A stretch of 64,000 nt of DNA, taken from NCBI GenBank assembly GCA_964016885.1, contig OZ024741.1:354516001-354580000 (forward strand), given 5' to 3'. Source of the DNA: Eledone cirrhosa. Its lineage: Eukaryota. This document shows positions 13,385 through 24,440 of the stretch, in pieces. Position numbers and translations under genes: made by a program. Position 1 is the first letter of the stretch. The number at the start of each line of letters is the position of its first letter. The notes below the pieces were generated by a model. The model was not told the origin of the DNA. It ran no database searches and saw only the letters and a list, made by a program, of their open reading frames with translations.

Positions 13385-14094
13385 CTAAGACCGTAGGGTG
13401 GCCAGTGTGTGGGGTCCCATTAGCATATAATAGTGAGAGGTGGGAGAGCAAGAGAGACAGAGGCAGTGAGTGAAAGAGAGAGAACACATTTTTCAGTATT
13501 GTTCTGCTATACTGCCACCAACTAGGATTAACTTCAAGAAAAATATAATCAAATTAACTAAGCAAAGAAAAAAAGTTCAAGTCTCTTAATTTCTCCCAAT
13601 TTCTAGCTGTTGTAGGTGGTGGTGGCAGTGTTGTTTTTGTTGTTGTTGCTGATGTTAGACTGCAAGTAAATGCTAAGCATTTTAGAGAGTTGTTGTTGTG
13701 TGCTGTTGTTATTGCTATTGTAGCAGGTGTTGTTGTTACTGTTGTTAGACAAGTTAGTGCTGATCCAACAGACTAACAACTAAAGGCATTCCAACCCGCC
13801 ACCCAGATATAAAGTATGTAAGACTAGATTATTTTAATTATTCAGTCATTTTATTAAGATATTGGGTGTCAGTTTGACTGCTATTTCTAACAAATGAAGG
13901 AATTGTTTAAAGGCTGCCTTATTCAGCCAACGCAATCTTACAGTGCTATCTGTATGGCTGTCAGTGTTGGCAGAGTAATAAGTTTGGAAAATTGATAAAA
14001 TTAAGGTTGCTTTCAAGAAAAAATAAAGGTTCATGAACTTAAAAGTATATTAAGGATTAAAGAGAAATATGCTTCTGGAATAATGGTTTCTAGT

Positions 14095-14321
14095 TTAACC
14101 CTTTAGCATTTTACATTACTCTATATTTACTATTATATTTTCATGGTAAGGGCTTTGCCACACATAAATATCTCACATAATATCGAATCTATAAGATTTT
14201 GATATTTATTTTGAGAAGAATACCTTAACATCAGTTTGAATGACCAATTACGGCTGGTTTGAACAGAAAGAGGTGAAATAATTCTGGCTGGATATGGCCG
14301 GTTTAAATGCTAAAGAGTCAA
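14095..14321 (+). mobile_element. TTAA-flanked piggyBac-type MITE (copies at 32950-33148 -, 34462-34690 +, 48503-48723 +)
   Basis: Ends ttaaccctttagcattt ... aaatgctaaag(g)gttaa with a shared ~220 bp internal sequence. Confidence 0.75.
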
Positions 14322-14929
14322 GCACAAGGCCAGCAGTTTGGGAGATTACTTTATTTCATCACCCACCCCTAGAAAGATGAAAGGCAAAGTTGACCTTGGC
14401 CAGATTTAAACTCAGAACATAGAGGGCAGTAACTAAATACTGCAAAGCATTTCGTTCAACGTTCAAATAATTCTGCTAATCCGCCTCTCTGGAATAATAT
14501 TAGTGAAATAAAAATGTTGAAAAAAAAAACAAAAAAAAACAATGAATTGCACAATATTTTCTCCCAGCTAAAAAGATTTGTCTACTGATCTGATCCAGTT
14601 ATATAAATTTATCATACTAGAATTTTTTGTATGTGTTTATGTGTGTGCGTGTGTGTGTATGTGCATACATTTATATGTATGAGTATATAAATATAAACGC
14701 GCAAACACAGACACATTTACAAAAATACACACTATCAGACATACATTCACACAAACACACACATACATTCACACAAACACACATACATTTACACACACAC
14801 ACTCACACACAGCGTAGCAAATAGAACGCCAGTCGCTGTGTTGCTATAGTTTTTTTCACCATCCTCTTCCTTCCAAATTGTGTGATGGACGAATGGAAGT
14901 CGCTCTAATTTATATATAGATTTCATGTG

Positions 14930-15500
14930 AGTGAGATACGAAACAATGGAAGATTGGAAACAATGGAAATGACAATGGACCGGTGGATGAGTGGAATATC
15001 ACTTAGAGAGAGGAAGACAATTGTTTCTAGTATAGACACAAGGAAAGTAATTTTGAGGGAGAGGGAAAGTCAATTAAATTGATCCCAGTACTTTACTGGT
15101 ATGTTATCTTATCAATCCTAGAAGGTTGAAAGGCAAAGCTGACCTCAGTGAGATTTGAACTCAGAACATTAAGAGCACAAAAACAGCTAAGCTTTTGTTC
15201 AATGCTCTAATGAATTTAGTCAATCCACTGCACTGAAGAAGACAAATAATGAATTGCAGAAGATGATGAGAATAGAACCTGTGAAGAATGTTGTGAAGAG
15301 AAATGGAATGAGATGGTTGAGTTATGTGTTGGGGAAGGATGAAAGCGACTAGATGAAAGGAGTGATGGAAATGAATATGGAAGGAAAACATTGCTAAAGA
15401 GATGATGGAGAAGGAAACAAAAGTCAGGGGTTGGTGAGGAAGGATGCAGCTGATAGGGCAAAATGGAGAGGTTTGTCAACCCCCAAGGCTAATCTGTGGC
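14930..15500 (+). mobile_element. Degenerate RTE-type 3' end interrupted by a Meta-core SINE (15025-15235 -); related copies at 22650-23040 - and 46030-46150 -
   Basis: Remnant RWMSGISLRERK and MRWLSYVL peptides; shared tail gatgcag(ac)gatagggc(g)aaatggaga. Confidence 0.6.
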
Positions 15501-15724
15501 CTTAACCTTTTCATAACCATATATTTGAATTAATTAATGAAGAATTTGAAGGGATTTATTAAACTCATTATTTCATTAAGATGGTATTTGTAATATAATT
15601 TAGCAAGTTTCTTATGTCAAATTCTGTTGAAAGATTTTAATTTAAATAAGAAGCCTTTAAAATAGGTGGTTTTGTTTCATAGAACCAGAGGTGGTTTCGG
15701 GTAGATTGGTACCAAAAGAATTAA
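15501..15724 (+). mobile_element. Second TTAA-flanked MITE family (copies near 4250-4490, 11510-11720, 52147-52375, 59607-59823, 60817-61053, 61330-61555)
   Basis: ttaacc(c)tttt..accatattt ends; shared ttcatagaaccaga and ggta(c/t)caaaaga(g)ttaa segments. Confidence 0.65.
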
Positions 15725-17389
15725 AATGCTTGTTGTTAGCATAGGATCCTAACAGAATTTCTTTGCTTTAAAGATGCCACACTGTCAACTAACTAAAGCT
15801 ACAAAGCACCAATTCACAAATAAAACTTTTACTGAATGAACTGAATGTTTTATTGCCTCTCTGTACAGTTCAAATCATACTACAGATAAATTCCCACCAG
15901 ACAACGTTTTGAGATTTATTTGTAAGTAGGGGAATTTAGATTTTTTAGGGGGGGGGGGGGGACAAAACATCAGAGAGAAAGAGATGTAGATAAATAGACA
16001 AATATAGGTAAATAGAGAGACATGAATATATATGACTAGTGGCATGATTTTATAGGAACTATAAAAAAAAATTTTTAATGATATTTATAGCAATAAATAG
16101 ATTCATATTTCCAAATTAATGCTTGCAATTAAAATAATTGAATAAGGATCCAGTGAAATTCTGGAAATTAGAAAATGCATTATGAAATTAAGCAAAAATA
16201 TATATATATATACATAAATATATAGTTCACAAAAAGCAAGTATCGTAATGAAGACTATATATAAATAATAACTGACAGTTATGTAAGAGTTCGCTGCTGC
16301 AGAAAATGGTTAAGACAAAACAACAAACTATGACATTAAAATAGAAAATAAGGTTTCACGGAATATTTAAGGTTAAATCTTCGAAATATTTTATCGAAAT
16401 TTTCGATTAAGTTAAAATTTTAGTATCGACACTCTTAACATGTAGACAGTGTCATATGACACTTGCTCTCATTTGTTTTGTTTTTGTTTTCTATCTTATT
16501 TTATTTTACATTAGGAGACTGAAGCCGAGACAAACACGGTCGGTAAACAACGTCAAAGAACATATAAAGACGAGATCGATATTGATATCGTTATAACTCT
16601 CGTGTTATGCAGACTACAATTACCAACAGTGACATATACAGGAGTTCTATTTACAGGGTCTTTAAACAGACTAGTTTCAACAAATAGCCGTTTAGACAAT
16701 TTTTAACGATCGGTTATTGATTTTAACGAGATCAATCGAATCTTTGAAATCGATCTAATACCCCGCATAATATCGAATTATGAATCTAGATATAATATAT
16801 TTTAATAGTTTATTCAACACTTAATGTTAGTGATATCCGTCCTTCCTTGTAAATAAAACTAACACAAGAAGATTCGTAATTTCTATATACACACATGCAG
16901 AGATATATAGATAATAAGAAGTCAGAGGGTAGCTAGATGATATATGGATGAAATGTTACTAGTTAAGATCAGTAAGAACATTATTCAACTTAGTACATTA
17001 TACGTAAGGAAAGTAGAGCGTAGATATTATTCGATTGCAAATGAGAAAATAATCTGTTTGCGTTAACTCCATTGAAGTCTATCTCTTCAGAGGCACAGTC
17101 ATTTGATATCGAGGTATTATAAGCTAAGTCGTCGGGGAAAGAATGTTCCTTCTTATTTCTTATATATATATACATACATGTATGTGTATGTAAATGTCTA
17201 CATCTATTTCGTTTAAAAATTGTTACTGTTTATTTACGTCCCAGAATAGATATCAATAATAAATAATTACCAGATTATTAAAAAAAAAAGTACTGGGGTC
17301 GATATGTTGAATTGAACTCACGAAGACTGTGTCAGGCCAATACAGAGTAGTTTAAAACCGGTTGACTATGAGAACTCTATTTGCTGATA

Positions 17390-18310
17390 GCATAGTTCTT
17401 ATAATATCAGGTATGGAAACAAAATCTAGAATTAAAAGGATTGCAGTAAACTTAACAAAGACTAAAGTTTTAGCAAGTATAAAAGAAGACATTACTGTCA
17501 GGGAAATGACCATACTTGATAAGCAGAAAAAGGGTAGGTAGGAATTCTATATGGTGTAAAATATGGATACACAGGAAGTATAGTGAGATGGTAGGGAGAC
17601 TAACAGAGAAGGTAGTCTTCGTATGTGGCAAAATGCACAGTGGTAATTAACAGTAAGAGCATCAGTGAAATTAAATCTTTCCGATCCAAGGAAACCTCTG
17701 GCTATAAAAGTAATTGATAGTTTTTCTTCTTACCAGGTGATCTAATGAGCAGTGTGTGTGTGTGTGGGGGGGGGGGGGGGCATTGAGAGCTTAATAGCTA
17801 GAATAAGAACAAGGGAGAATAAGAACGAGGGAGCTACTATCGCTGTTAGCAATGAAGAGATTTTCTCCATGAGCAAAGGGTAGATAGTAAAATGCTTGTG
17901 TATGCAGTACCATGTCACATGGTAATGTGATGTGGGCATTGAATGCAAAGGCTAGAATAAAATCAATCGGGCATTCACTGTTGGATGCGTAATTTTAAGT
18001 GTGCATGAACAACGAAGCACAGATGAGTTGAGAGAAAAAAAATGGGTATCAGAAGAATCAGGTAGAGTATGCAGGAGATAAAGTTGCGTAAGGATGGACA
18101 TGTAATGCCTATGAATGATGATTATTAAGTAAAGAAATGCCAGGGCTTCCAAGTGGTGGGAATTCAGGAAGAAAACTTGCGTGGAGGTGGGGAAAGATGA
18201 TTTCAGGATACTGAACCTCACAAATGAAATGCCATAGAAAATAAGCAAGTGAAGGGACACTGCAGGAGAGTCATCTAAGCCATACAAGCATGGGAAAACT
18301 TGCAAAACCG
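17390..18310 (+). mobile_element. Highly degenerate RTE (PHD-family) 3' fragment
   Basis: Remnants of ELLFAD, GLQVNLTKTKVL and finger-region peptides; tail catgggaaaac. Confidence 0.65.
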
Positions 18311-18602
18311 ATTATATACACACGCACGCGTGTACTGTTTTGCTAGTTTCAGTCATTAGACTGAAGTGTTTTTAAACACCAGAACTTATTTTTTCAAGTC
18401 TGGTATTTAATTTATTGATTTTATTTCTCAAAGCACGAAGTTACATGACAAAAACAGACATAAACACAAACACATTATAAATAGGCAATCTCGCAGTTTC
18501 CGTCTACCAAATTTCCCTTAGAAAGTAGAAGGCACTTGCAGTAGAAAGTAGAAGGTACTAGACAGTAAGTCTAACCCTGAAACAACAAGTTTGTGAGAAC
18601 TA

Positions 18603-18910
18603 ATATAAACTGAGCTGATCCAAGTTTTTGTTTCAAACAATTTTAGACAATGCAGTGAGAGTGGACCTTGTTAATAAGACCACTTGTGAAAGCGGTTGGC
18701 ATGTTTCACCTCTACCCTTCGTTGACACATAATCAGTGCACAGTTTACTTTCCCTTTCTTATATATTTAACCATATTCTAGTCTAGCCAGTTTACTTGGT
18801 GAAAATGCTTCGCCGAGGAGCTCTAATAAGGTTGAAACATGTATGTTGCTTTCACTAATTCGGCTTATTAACAAGGTCAACAATAACAGATTGGGTCAGC
18901 TCAGATTATA
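18603..18910. repeat. Diverged inverted repeat with degenerate hammerhead-like core (Penelope-like)
   Basis: Arms share gaaacatg, gctttcac, cttattaacaaggtc, ttgg(a/g)tcagctcag; ccgaggag..gaaacatgtatgt at 18813-18848. Confidence 0.55.
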
Positions 18911-18997
18911 GGAGTTCCGACGTTTGCTCGCTTTTCACGATCTGAAAGAGTTTCAGTTTGAAATTGTGAGGGTATAGGTATTTTTAACACACACCAT

Positions 18998-19036
<39 letters not shown>

Positions 19037-19328
19037 CGCCTTTTGAGTAGAATTTGGACGACTGAAACTGCTGAAGCCCGTCGTATATATGTGTGCATGT
19101 GTGTTGTCTGTTCAACTAAATCAAGGTGGTGCTCCAGCAAGGTCGCAGTATGACTGAAACCAGTAAAAGAATAGCAAAATATATATTAGTGTGTCAATGT
19201 ATGTGTTTAATAAACGCATATATGTGTATCATACGGAAAATGGGTCAGCTGACGCACCAATAACGAAATATACCCGCATATATATATATATGACCAAAGT
19301 TTATTTAATATATATACCAAAGTATTTA

Positions 19329-19514
19329 ATATTATTCAAAATATTAATAAATGAAAAATATTCTCATAATCAAAATATATGTTTTATTATACATATTTCA
19401 AAGGTACAATGGTGTTTAAGTACGTTTTCATCAGATAAAATATATAAGAGATTGGATATGCGACATACCGCTACGGTTTGATTATGAGAACATTTTTCAT
19501 TTATTAATATTTTG

Positions 19515-19522
<8 letters not shown>
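19329..19522. repeat. 46-bp inverted repeat (1 mismatch) with ~100 bp spacer, followed by long (TA)n
   Basis: atattattcaaaatattaataaatgaaaaatattctcataatcaaa at 19329-19374 and its reverse complement at 19477-19522. Confidence 0.85.
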
Positions 19523-19580
<58 letters not shown>

Positions 19581-20970
19581 TAGACAGACAAGACAAGCAG
19601 ATGACACTATTGGTAGAGAACGCCGACTTCTGTCGTCAATAAAAATATTTTAGAATGTATTAGTTACATTGACAAACGGGTAGATGTGGATCCAATTATA
19701 AGTTTAAACGTGGAACTGGAAATCAAATAGCAATTGGTAAACAAACTGCGTTAGATAATACTTCTATTTGTTATGTCTACAAGATCCAAAGCACAAACGT
19801 AGAAACGGTTTTATATTATACAGCTTTCAGATTGTTGGCTCTAATTGAAGGAAGCGCGCGCGCACAGACTCGAATATGTGTATATATGTATATATATATA
19901 TGTGGATGTGTGTGTATGTATGTGTGGGTGTATGTATAAATATGCGTGTGCGCATGTGTGTGTGTGTGTGTGTGTAAATATATGTGTGTGTGTTTGTATA
20001 TGGGTGTTGGACTTTTATTTTTACATAAAATTCTTTATGCTTGATACATAATTGCCTCTACTACACCAAAGTTGAATATAGATAGACATAAAAAGAGTAC
20101 GCCGTACAAACGAATGATTCAACAGTAATTACTGGTACAGTTTTATCAACATCTGAAAGATTCCAAAAGGGAATTCAGGATCTAAACTTAAAATAATGAA
20201 GTCCCAAACTTCGAAACGGTAATAACGCGTATAGTTTTTCATTGCCCTTATCTTAGGCAATGGTAGGCATAACAAACAGATATAATAGATTCTTTACATA
20301 ACTCTAGAGTTTTAGATTTATATAGGAGAGAAAATACAATTACTTTACAAAAGGCATGATGTAAGTTAAATAAAAGGAGAATATAACTCGAATCGCAATG
20401 ATTTCTTATATAAACGACATAAAACCCCGTATTTGTATACACACACTAAAGGGGGAATGAATCAATGTGACATTCATGAATTAAAAACTAACTGCAGTAT
20501 CTATAAGTCTTGATCTAAACACACTAGGATCTTTTGAGGTTAGAAAATATTGAGATCAAATACAACCAAATGATAAATAGTGACATTCGAGTCATTATTT
20601 TTTATTTTTAGTTGTTTAATTGATTCAAACAATTGTGGTTACAACCGCTACTACAAATAGATAACTAAATATTTCTACAAATAAATAAATAAATAATCAA
20701 TAATAGTTTTCATTTCATCGATTTCAAGTCAACATATAAAAACCCTAACCAACGCTTCAGTTCACGACTGTAGGTTTTTCATTTTATATCTGTGGTTAAT
20801 GCCATTTGAGGAAGTCATAAACGTCTCCTTCTCTACATCCCCCTTCCTTCCATCATATATCTCAAACCTTGTTCCTATGTAGGAAATCTGTACTTCGTTC
20901 ACTATATCATTATAACGCCTTCGTAGATTCATTCCAAAATAGAGACAAAGTTGAAAATTCTACCACATAC

Positions 20971-20980
20971 CCAAAATCTG
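20971..20980 (-). other. Possible 10-nt (or 7-nt, NAGNAG) microexon of the minus-strand gene
   Basis: aacag|CAGATTTTGG|gtatgt; weak pyrimidine tract. Confidence 0.25.
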
Positions 20981-21088
20981 CTGTTCCAGGTCAAACCAGC
21001 AAATGATATTTGTGTATATGTAAGCGGTAATGGAAATATAGATTTTCAAGAAATAGGTATAAGTCTAAGACTACACTCACACACATAC

Positions 21089-21126
21089 AGGGTTGAGAAG
21101 GTCCAGCAGAAACACCCAAAAGAAAC
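21089..21126 (-). other. Small exon (38 nt; 46 nt with the alternative gtgagt donor ending at 21081) of the minus-strand gene, FLLGVSAGPSQP
   Basis: ttttgtttttcatatttcgtctcaaatgcacag acceptor; donors gtatgt and gtgagt. Confidence 0.5.
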
Positions 21127-21283
21127 CTGTGCATTTGAGACGAAATATGAAAAACAAAAGGCTCCTTGTTTATAAGATTATGTGACATTTATGACTTTAA
21201 GATATTACTGACCTAAGTACAAAAAACAAAATAATAATTGGTAAAATAATTGTTACAATTTGGCCCTACATTCGGTTCCTTAC

Positions 21284-21299
21284 TTATACTCTACGGCAC
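21284..21299 (-). other. 16-nt microexon GTGCCGTAGAGTATAA of the minus-strand gene
   Basis: ttctaagacag acceptor, AA|gtaagg donor; keeps the frame ..HKP-GAVEYK-FLLG.. open between neighbouring exons. Confidence 0.45.
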
Positions 21300-21535
21300 C
21301 TGTCTTAGAATAATTCATCGTCATTATCATCACCAGTAATACTGATTTCTTTGTAGAAAATATTTCCGAATGCCACAAAACAAATGGTAAGCTCCTGGGA
21401 GCCAAAACCACAACATGGTTTCGATTCTCCAATTATGCTCTCAAAGAAGGCGTACCACACAGTATCCATAGTGTCGGGAGTTATTAATAATAAAGATTAT
21501 TTTGTTTGTCTATAAACAAATCAAATTACTTGTAC

Positions 21536-21597
21536 CTGGTTTATGAAAAACCCAAGGCACGCAGGCGGCACTCGAGCCATTTCCAAAGAATAATTTC
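21536..21597 (-). other. 62-nt exon carrying ATTATTCTTTGGAA..GCCGCC-TGC-GTG; candidate non-AUG start exon of an EIF4G2/NAT1-like gene (GTG at 21560-21558)
   Basis: aag|GAAATTATTCTTTGGAAATGGCTCGAGTGCCGCCTGCGTGCCTTGG..CCAG|gtacaa; motif order resembles the recalled vertebrate EIF4G2 start region (ATTATTCTTTTGAA..GCCGCCAAAGTG); identity not verified. Confidence 0.5.
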
Positions 21598-21964
21598 CTT
21601 AAACACATCTTCAGATACTAATACTGCTATTGTTTAAACGTTCCCGTTTAGTTTCATAATTGGGACATATCACAAATGAAAATTGGTTGTATACGTATAT
21701 TCACCCACCCACATATCAATTTCTATGACAAATGCCAAACAGACAGCAGAAGCAACTATTATCTGAAAATAAAGTCGCATCTATAAAAGATATGCATCAA
21801 CATATATACAAGAGAGGTAATGATATTAAGTAAAGAAAACAAAATAAGCAGGCGTTGATGATGATATAGTTCGGTTTCATAGTCAGAAGCGACGACACAG
21901 TAGAATGTAAACAAAAATTGTAGATTGAGATACAAAACGTTCTTGATTAAAAAATATATCTTAC

Positions 21965-22125
21965 CCCATGAAAACGTCTAATCCAAAATACTGGCGGTCA
22001 AAATGAAATAATCCACAAAAAAAAAACAGACAATAAAAGGAACAATACAAAATAACTAAAGAAGGTCGTCGTACAACAACGTGAAATTTTGTTTCTCCAT
22101 TAGTAGCCAGTGACGTTCACAACGC
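21965..22125 (-). other. First exon of the minus-strand gene with a cap-proximal uORF (22100-22056, MEKQNFTLLYDDLL*)
   Basis: Ends ATGGG|gtaaga (strong donor); U-rich tract; lies in CpG-retaining DNA next to a promoter-like region. Confidence 0.5.
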
Positions 22126-22577
22126 ATGTGCAGACGTCCTACATACCCGCTCTCTTTACACTCTTTCTCTTTCTCTTTTTTTAGTCTCTCACTGTGTCTC
22201 TCTCCTACTATCTTTATTCTTTTCTCTTTATCCTTTTACTTGCTCTTTATTTTAACTCCCTTCTCTCTCTCTCTTCTTTCGCATACACTTTCGCTCCTAC
22301 ACTCTTTTTGTCACTCTCTTTTTACTTAATAGTTTTCTTCCTCTTTCACTTTATGTCTACCTTTACATCTTTCAACAACAGTTTCTTTAGTCGTTTTCTA
22401 CCCCCCCCCCCTACCATTTTTCTCTTTCTATTCCTCTGTCTCTGTGCCCGATGTATGACGTCAGTGCAACCTGAGGATAGGCAACTTGGGTGGAGCGAGA
22501 CTAAATATCGGAAGTATGAATTTTCTGATAGACTGCTTTATTAAACAAGAATGTATTTTTGCTTACTTTTGGTGAGT
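22105..22577. promoter_or_regulatory. Putative bidirectional promoter
   Basis: Perfect CRE tgacgtca 22456-22463, half-CRE tgacgt 22111-22116, ETS-type cggaagt 22509-22515, long CT tract, outward-facing donors at 21964 (minus) and 22572 (plus, G|gtgagt). Confidence 0.45.
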
Positions 22578-23108
22578 TTTAGATATATGTACGTGAACCT
22601 GTATGTTAGTTGTTAAATAACATTAATACCTTTACGCAACAACAATCGTTTTAAGGCCATTTTCCCTGCTAAAGCAATGGTTAGCCATGCGGACCCCCAT
22701 GACAAGCTTCTCCATTTCGCCCTATCGTCTGCATCCCTCTTCACCGACACCCTGGCTTTCTTTTCCTCATTCATCATTTGTAGCTACATCTTCCTTGACT
22801 TCCCTCTTCTACTTCCTTCCACATTCATTTCCTCTCCCCCAGCCACTTTCACCTTTCCCCAACACATGTCCCAACCATCTCATTCTATTTCTCTTCACAA
22901 TATTCATCATTGGTTCTATTTCCATCATCCTGTACAATTCATTGTTTGTCTTTCTCTTTCTCTAAATGATACTCTACTCATCCACTGGACCATTCTTATT
23001 TCCGTTCTTTCTATCCTCCTCTGTTGTTCCACGATAATCACATATCGGGGGGGGGGGGGGGTAATCTTGGGACCTCATTTGATGGAAATTAAAGCACATT
23101 TTAAAATC

Positions 23109-23203
23109 CATTATAATGGAGCTTATGTAAGTATACTTATATATGTAACCGAAACATTATAATGGAGCTTATGTAAGTATACTTATATATGTAACCGAAA
23201 CAT
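23109..23203 (+). repeat. Exact tandem duplication of a 46-bp unit
   Basis: cattataatggagcttatgtaagtatacttatatatgtaaccgaaa x2 (starts 23109, 23155). Confidence 0.9.
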
Positions 23204-23689
23204 GACCAGCCGTTCCTTTCATCATCTCTCTAAGTAACGGCATCATTCACCAACAACTTCTTTGAAGAAATTAAAAAGGGTGTGCAAGACAGAGAGAGAG
23301 TGTGTGTACATGTTATTTTCTGGTACCTGAGAGTATCGTCCGGTTTGCCTGCTGTATATTTTTCCCCGTGCAACGTGACGGTAATGTATGTAGCCTGGTC
23401 TCGGTTCTCAACAAGGGAGCTCCTACATGGTTGTTTATCGCCTTCATTACAATACTTCTAACGAAATACACTAACTATAATTTTGAAACAAAATCAAGAA
23501 TTTTTAGGGGTTTTGTTAAATAACTAACCTTCTCAATATTTTTTAAAATAAACAACAGACATTATTTTTAAATAAAAGAAAGAAATGTGTTTCCACATTT
23601 AAAAAAAAAACGAAAAGGAAAGAAAAAATGCTAAATAGCAAAAATAAGGGAAAGGGGGGAACACCTGGCAGATTATACAGTCTAAACTG

Positions 23690-24130
23690 TATGCCTCAGA
23701 TGCACCTCACAGATAAAATGGTGATGGCATTGCTACGGAAAACAGCCAGCGTTACCCACTGCATCAGCCACTCTGCCTCAGATGAAATGTACATCTGATT
23801 TTGCCAAGGAAAATAGCAGTTTGGGGACCAAGGACTCCAGCAGTCTTCACCAGTGATTGACACAAAAGGGAAGCTGTTTGTCAAGTCCTGGTATTTAGCC
23901 ATCTTTTCCTCTGTGTTACAGGTAGCAGTGCCAAGTTTTATAACCAAAACAACAAGGCTGGAGGCAGAAAACATGTTGCAGTATGTGGTGTCCAGGATTA
24001 GAAATTTACCTCCCTTGAATGGGAAGAAGGTTGTCCCACTTGGGCACTTACCATTACCACAGTCAAGGCTGGCAGTATCCAGAAACCAATCCTGTCAAGG
24101 CTCTTTCTAATTACATCATTCAAGTTGGTG
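23690..24130 (-). mobile_element. Degenerate CRE-clade non-LTR retrotransposon, restriction-like endonuclease region
   Basis: Remnants EEKMAKYQDL..FPFVSI, LMQWVTLAVFRSNAITIL match the E..K..KY / F.P.A.ET / QRLS.A..RGNA layout of REL domains. Confidence 0.55.
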
Positions 24131-24186
24131 TGTCAAGGGAACTGACCTGCACCGTTATTATTAATCTGGTATTTGGAGCAAATATG

Positions 24187-24380
24187 TCAGGTCACTCTTG
24201 AGTGCTACTGGTAACATGTAAACCAGTACAACCTGTCGCACGGTCGGGTCGTCGGCGACTAAACTGGCAACCCCACCAAGTTTACTTGGTGAGAAGGGTG
24301 ATTTTGGACACCCTGCAGGACAAAAAATAAAACCTGACAAAGGGCGGAAGAACTGATAAGAGTCAACGGCCTTCCAAAAA
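24187..24380 (+). mobile_element. 5' UTR fragment of the old RTE family found at 37150-42243
   Basis: gtcaggtcactcttgagtgcta..acaacctgtcgcacggtcgggtc..ttggtgagaagggtgattttgga matches the reverse complement of 42070-42243. Confidence 0.7.
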
Positions 24381-24440
24381 TGTGTAAATATGTATATACT
24401 CATGTACATATTTATGTGTATGTATATATGTGTGTATATG

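Noticed and set aside
13243-13473. Plus-strand ORF with a PPYSPPP motif
   Set aside because: No plus-strand gene context or convincing donor; splice signals are stronger on minus
19191-20051. YIYIYI, VCVCVC and SLSLSL ORFs (also 36382-36673, 50414-50653, 54971-55223)
   Set aside because: Translations of dinucleotide microsatellites
20700-21960. snoRNA host gene (small exons, short introns)
   Set aside because: No convincing paired C/D boxes with terminal stem or complete H/ACA two-hairpin layout found by eye; snoscan or Infernal would settle it
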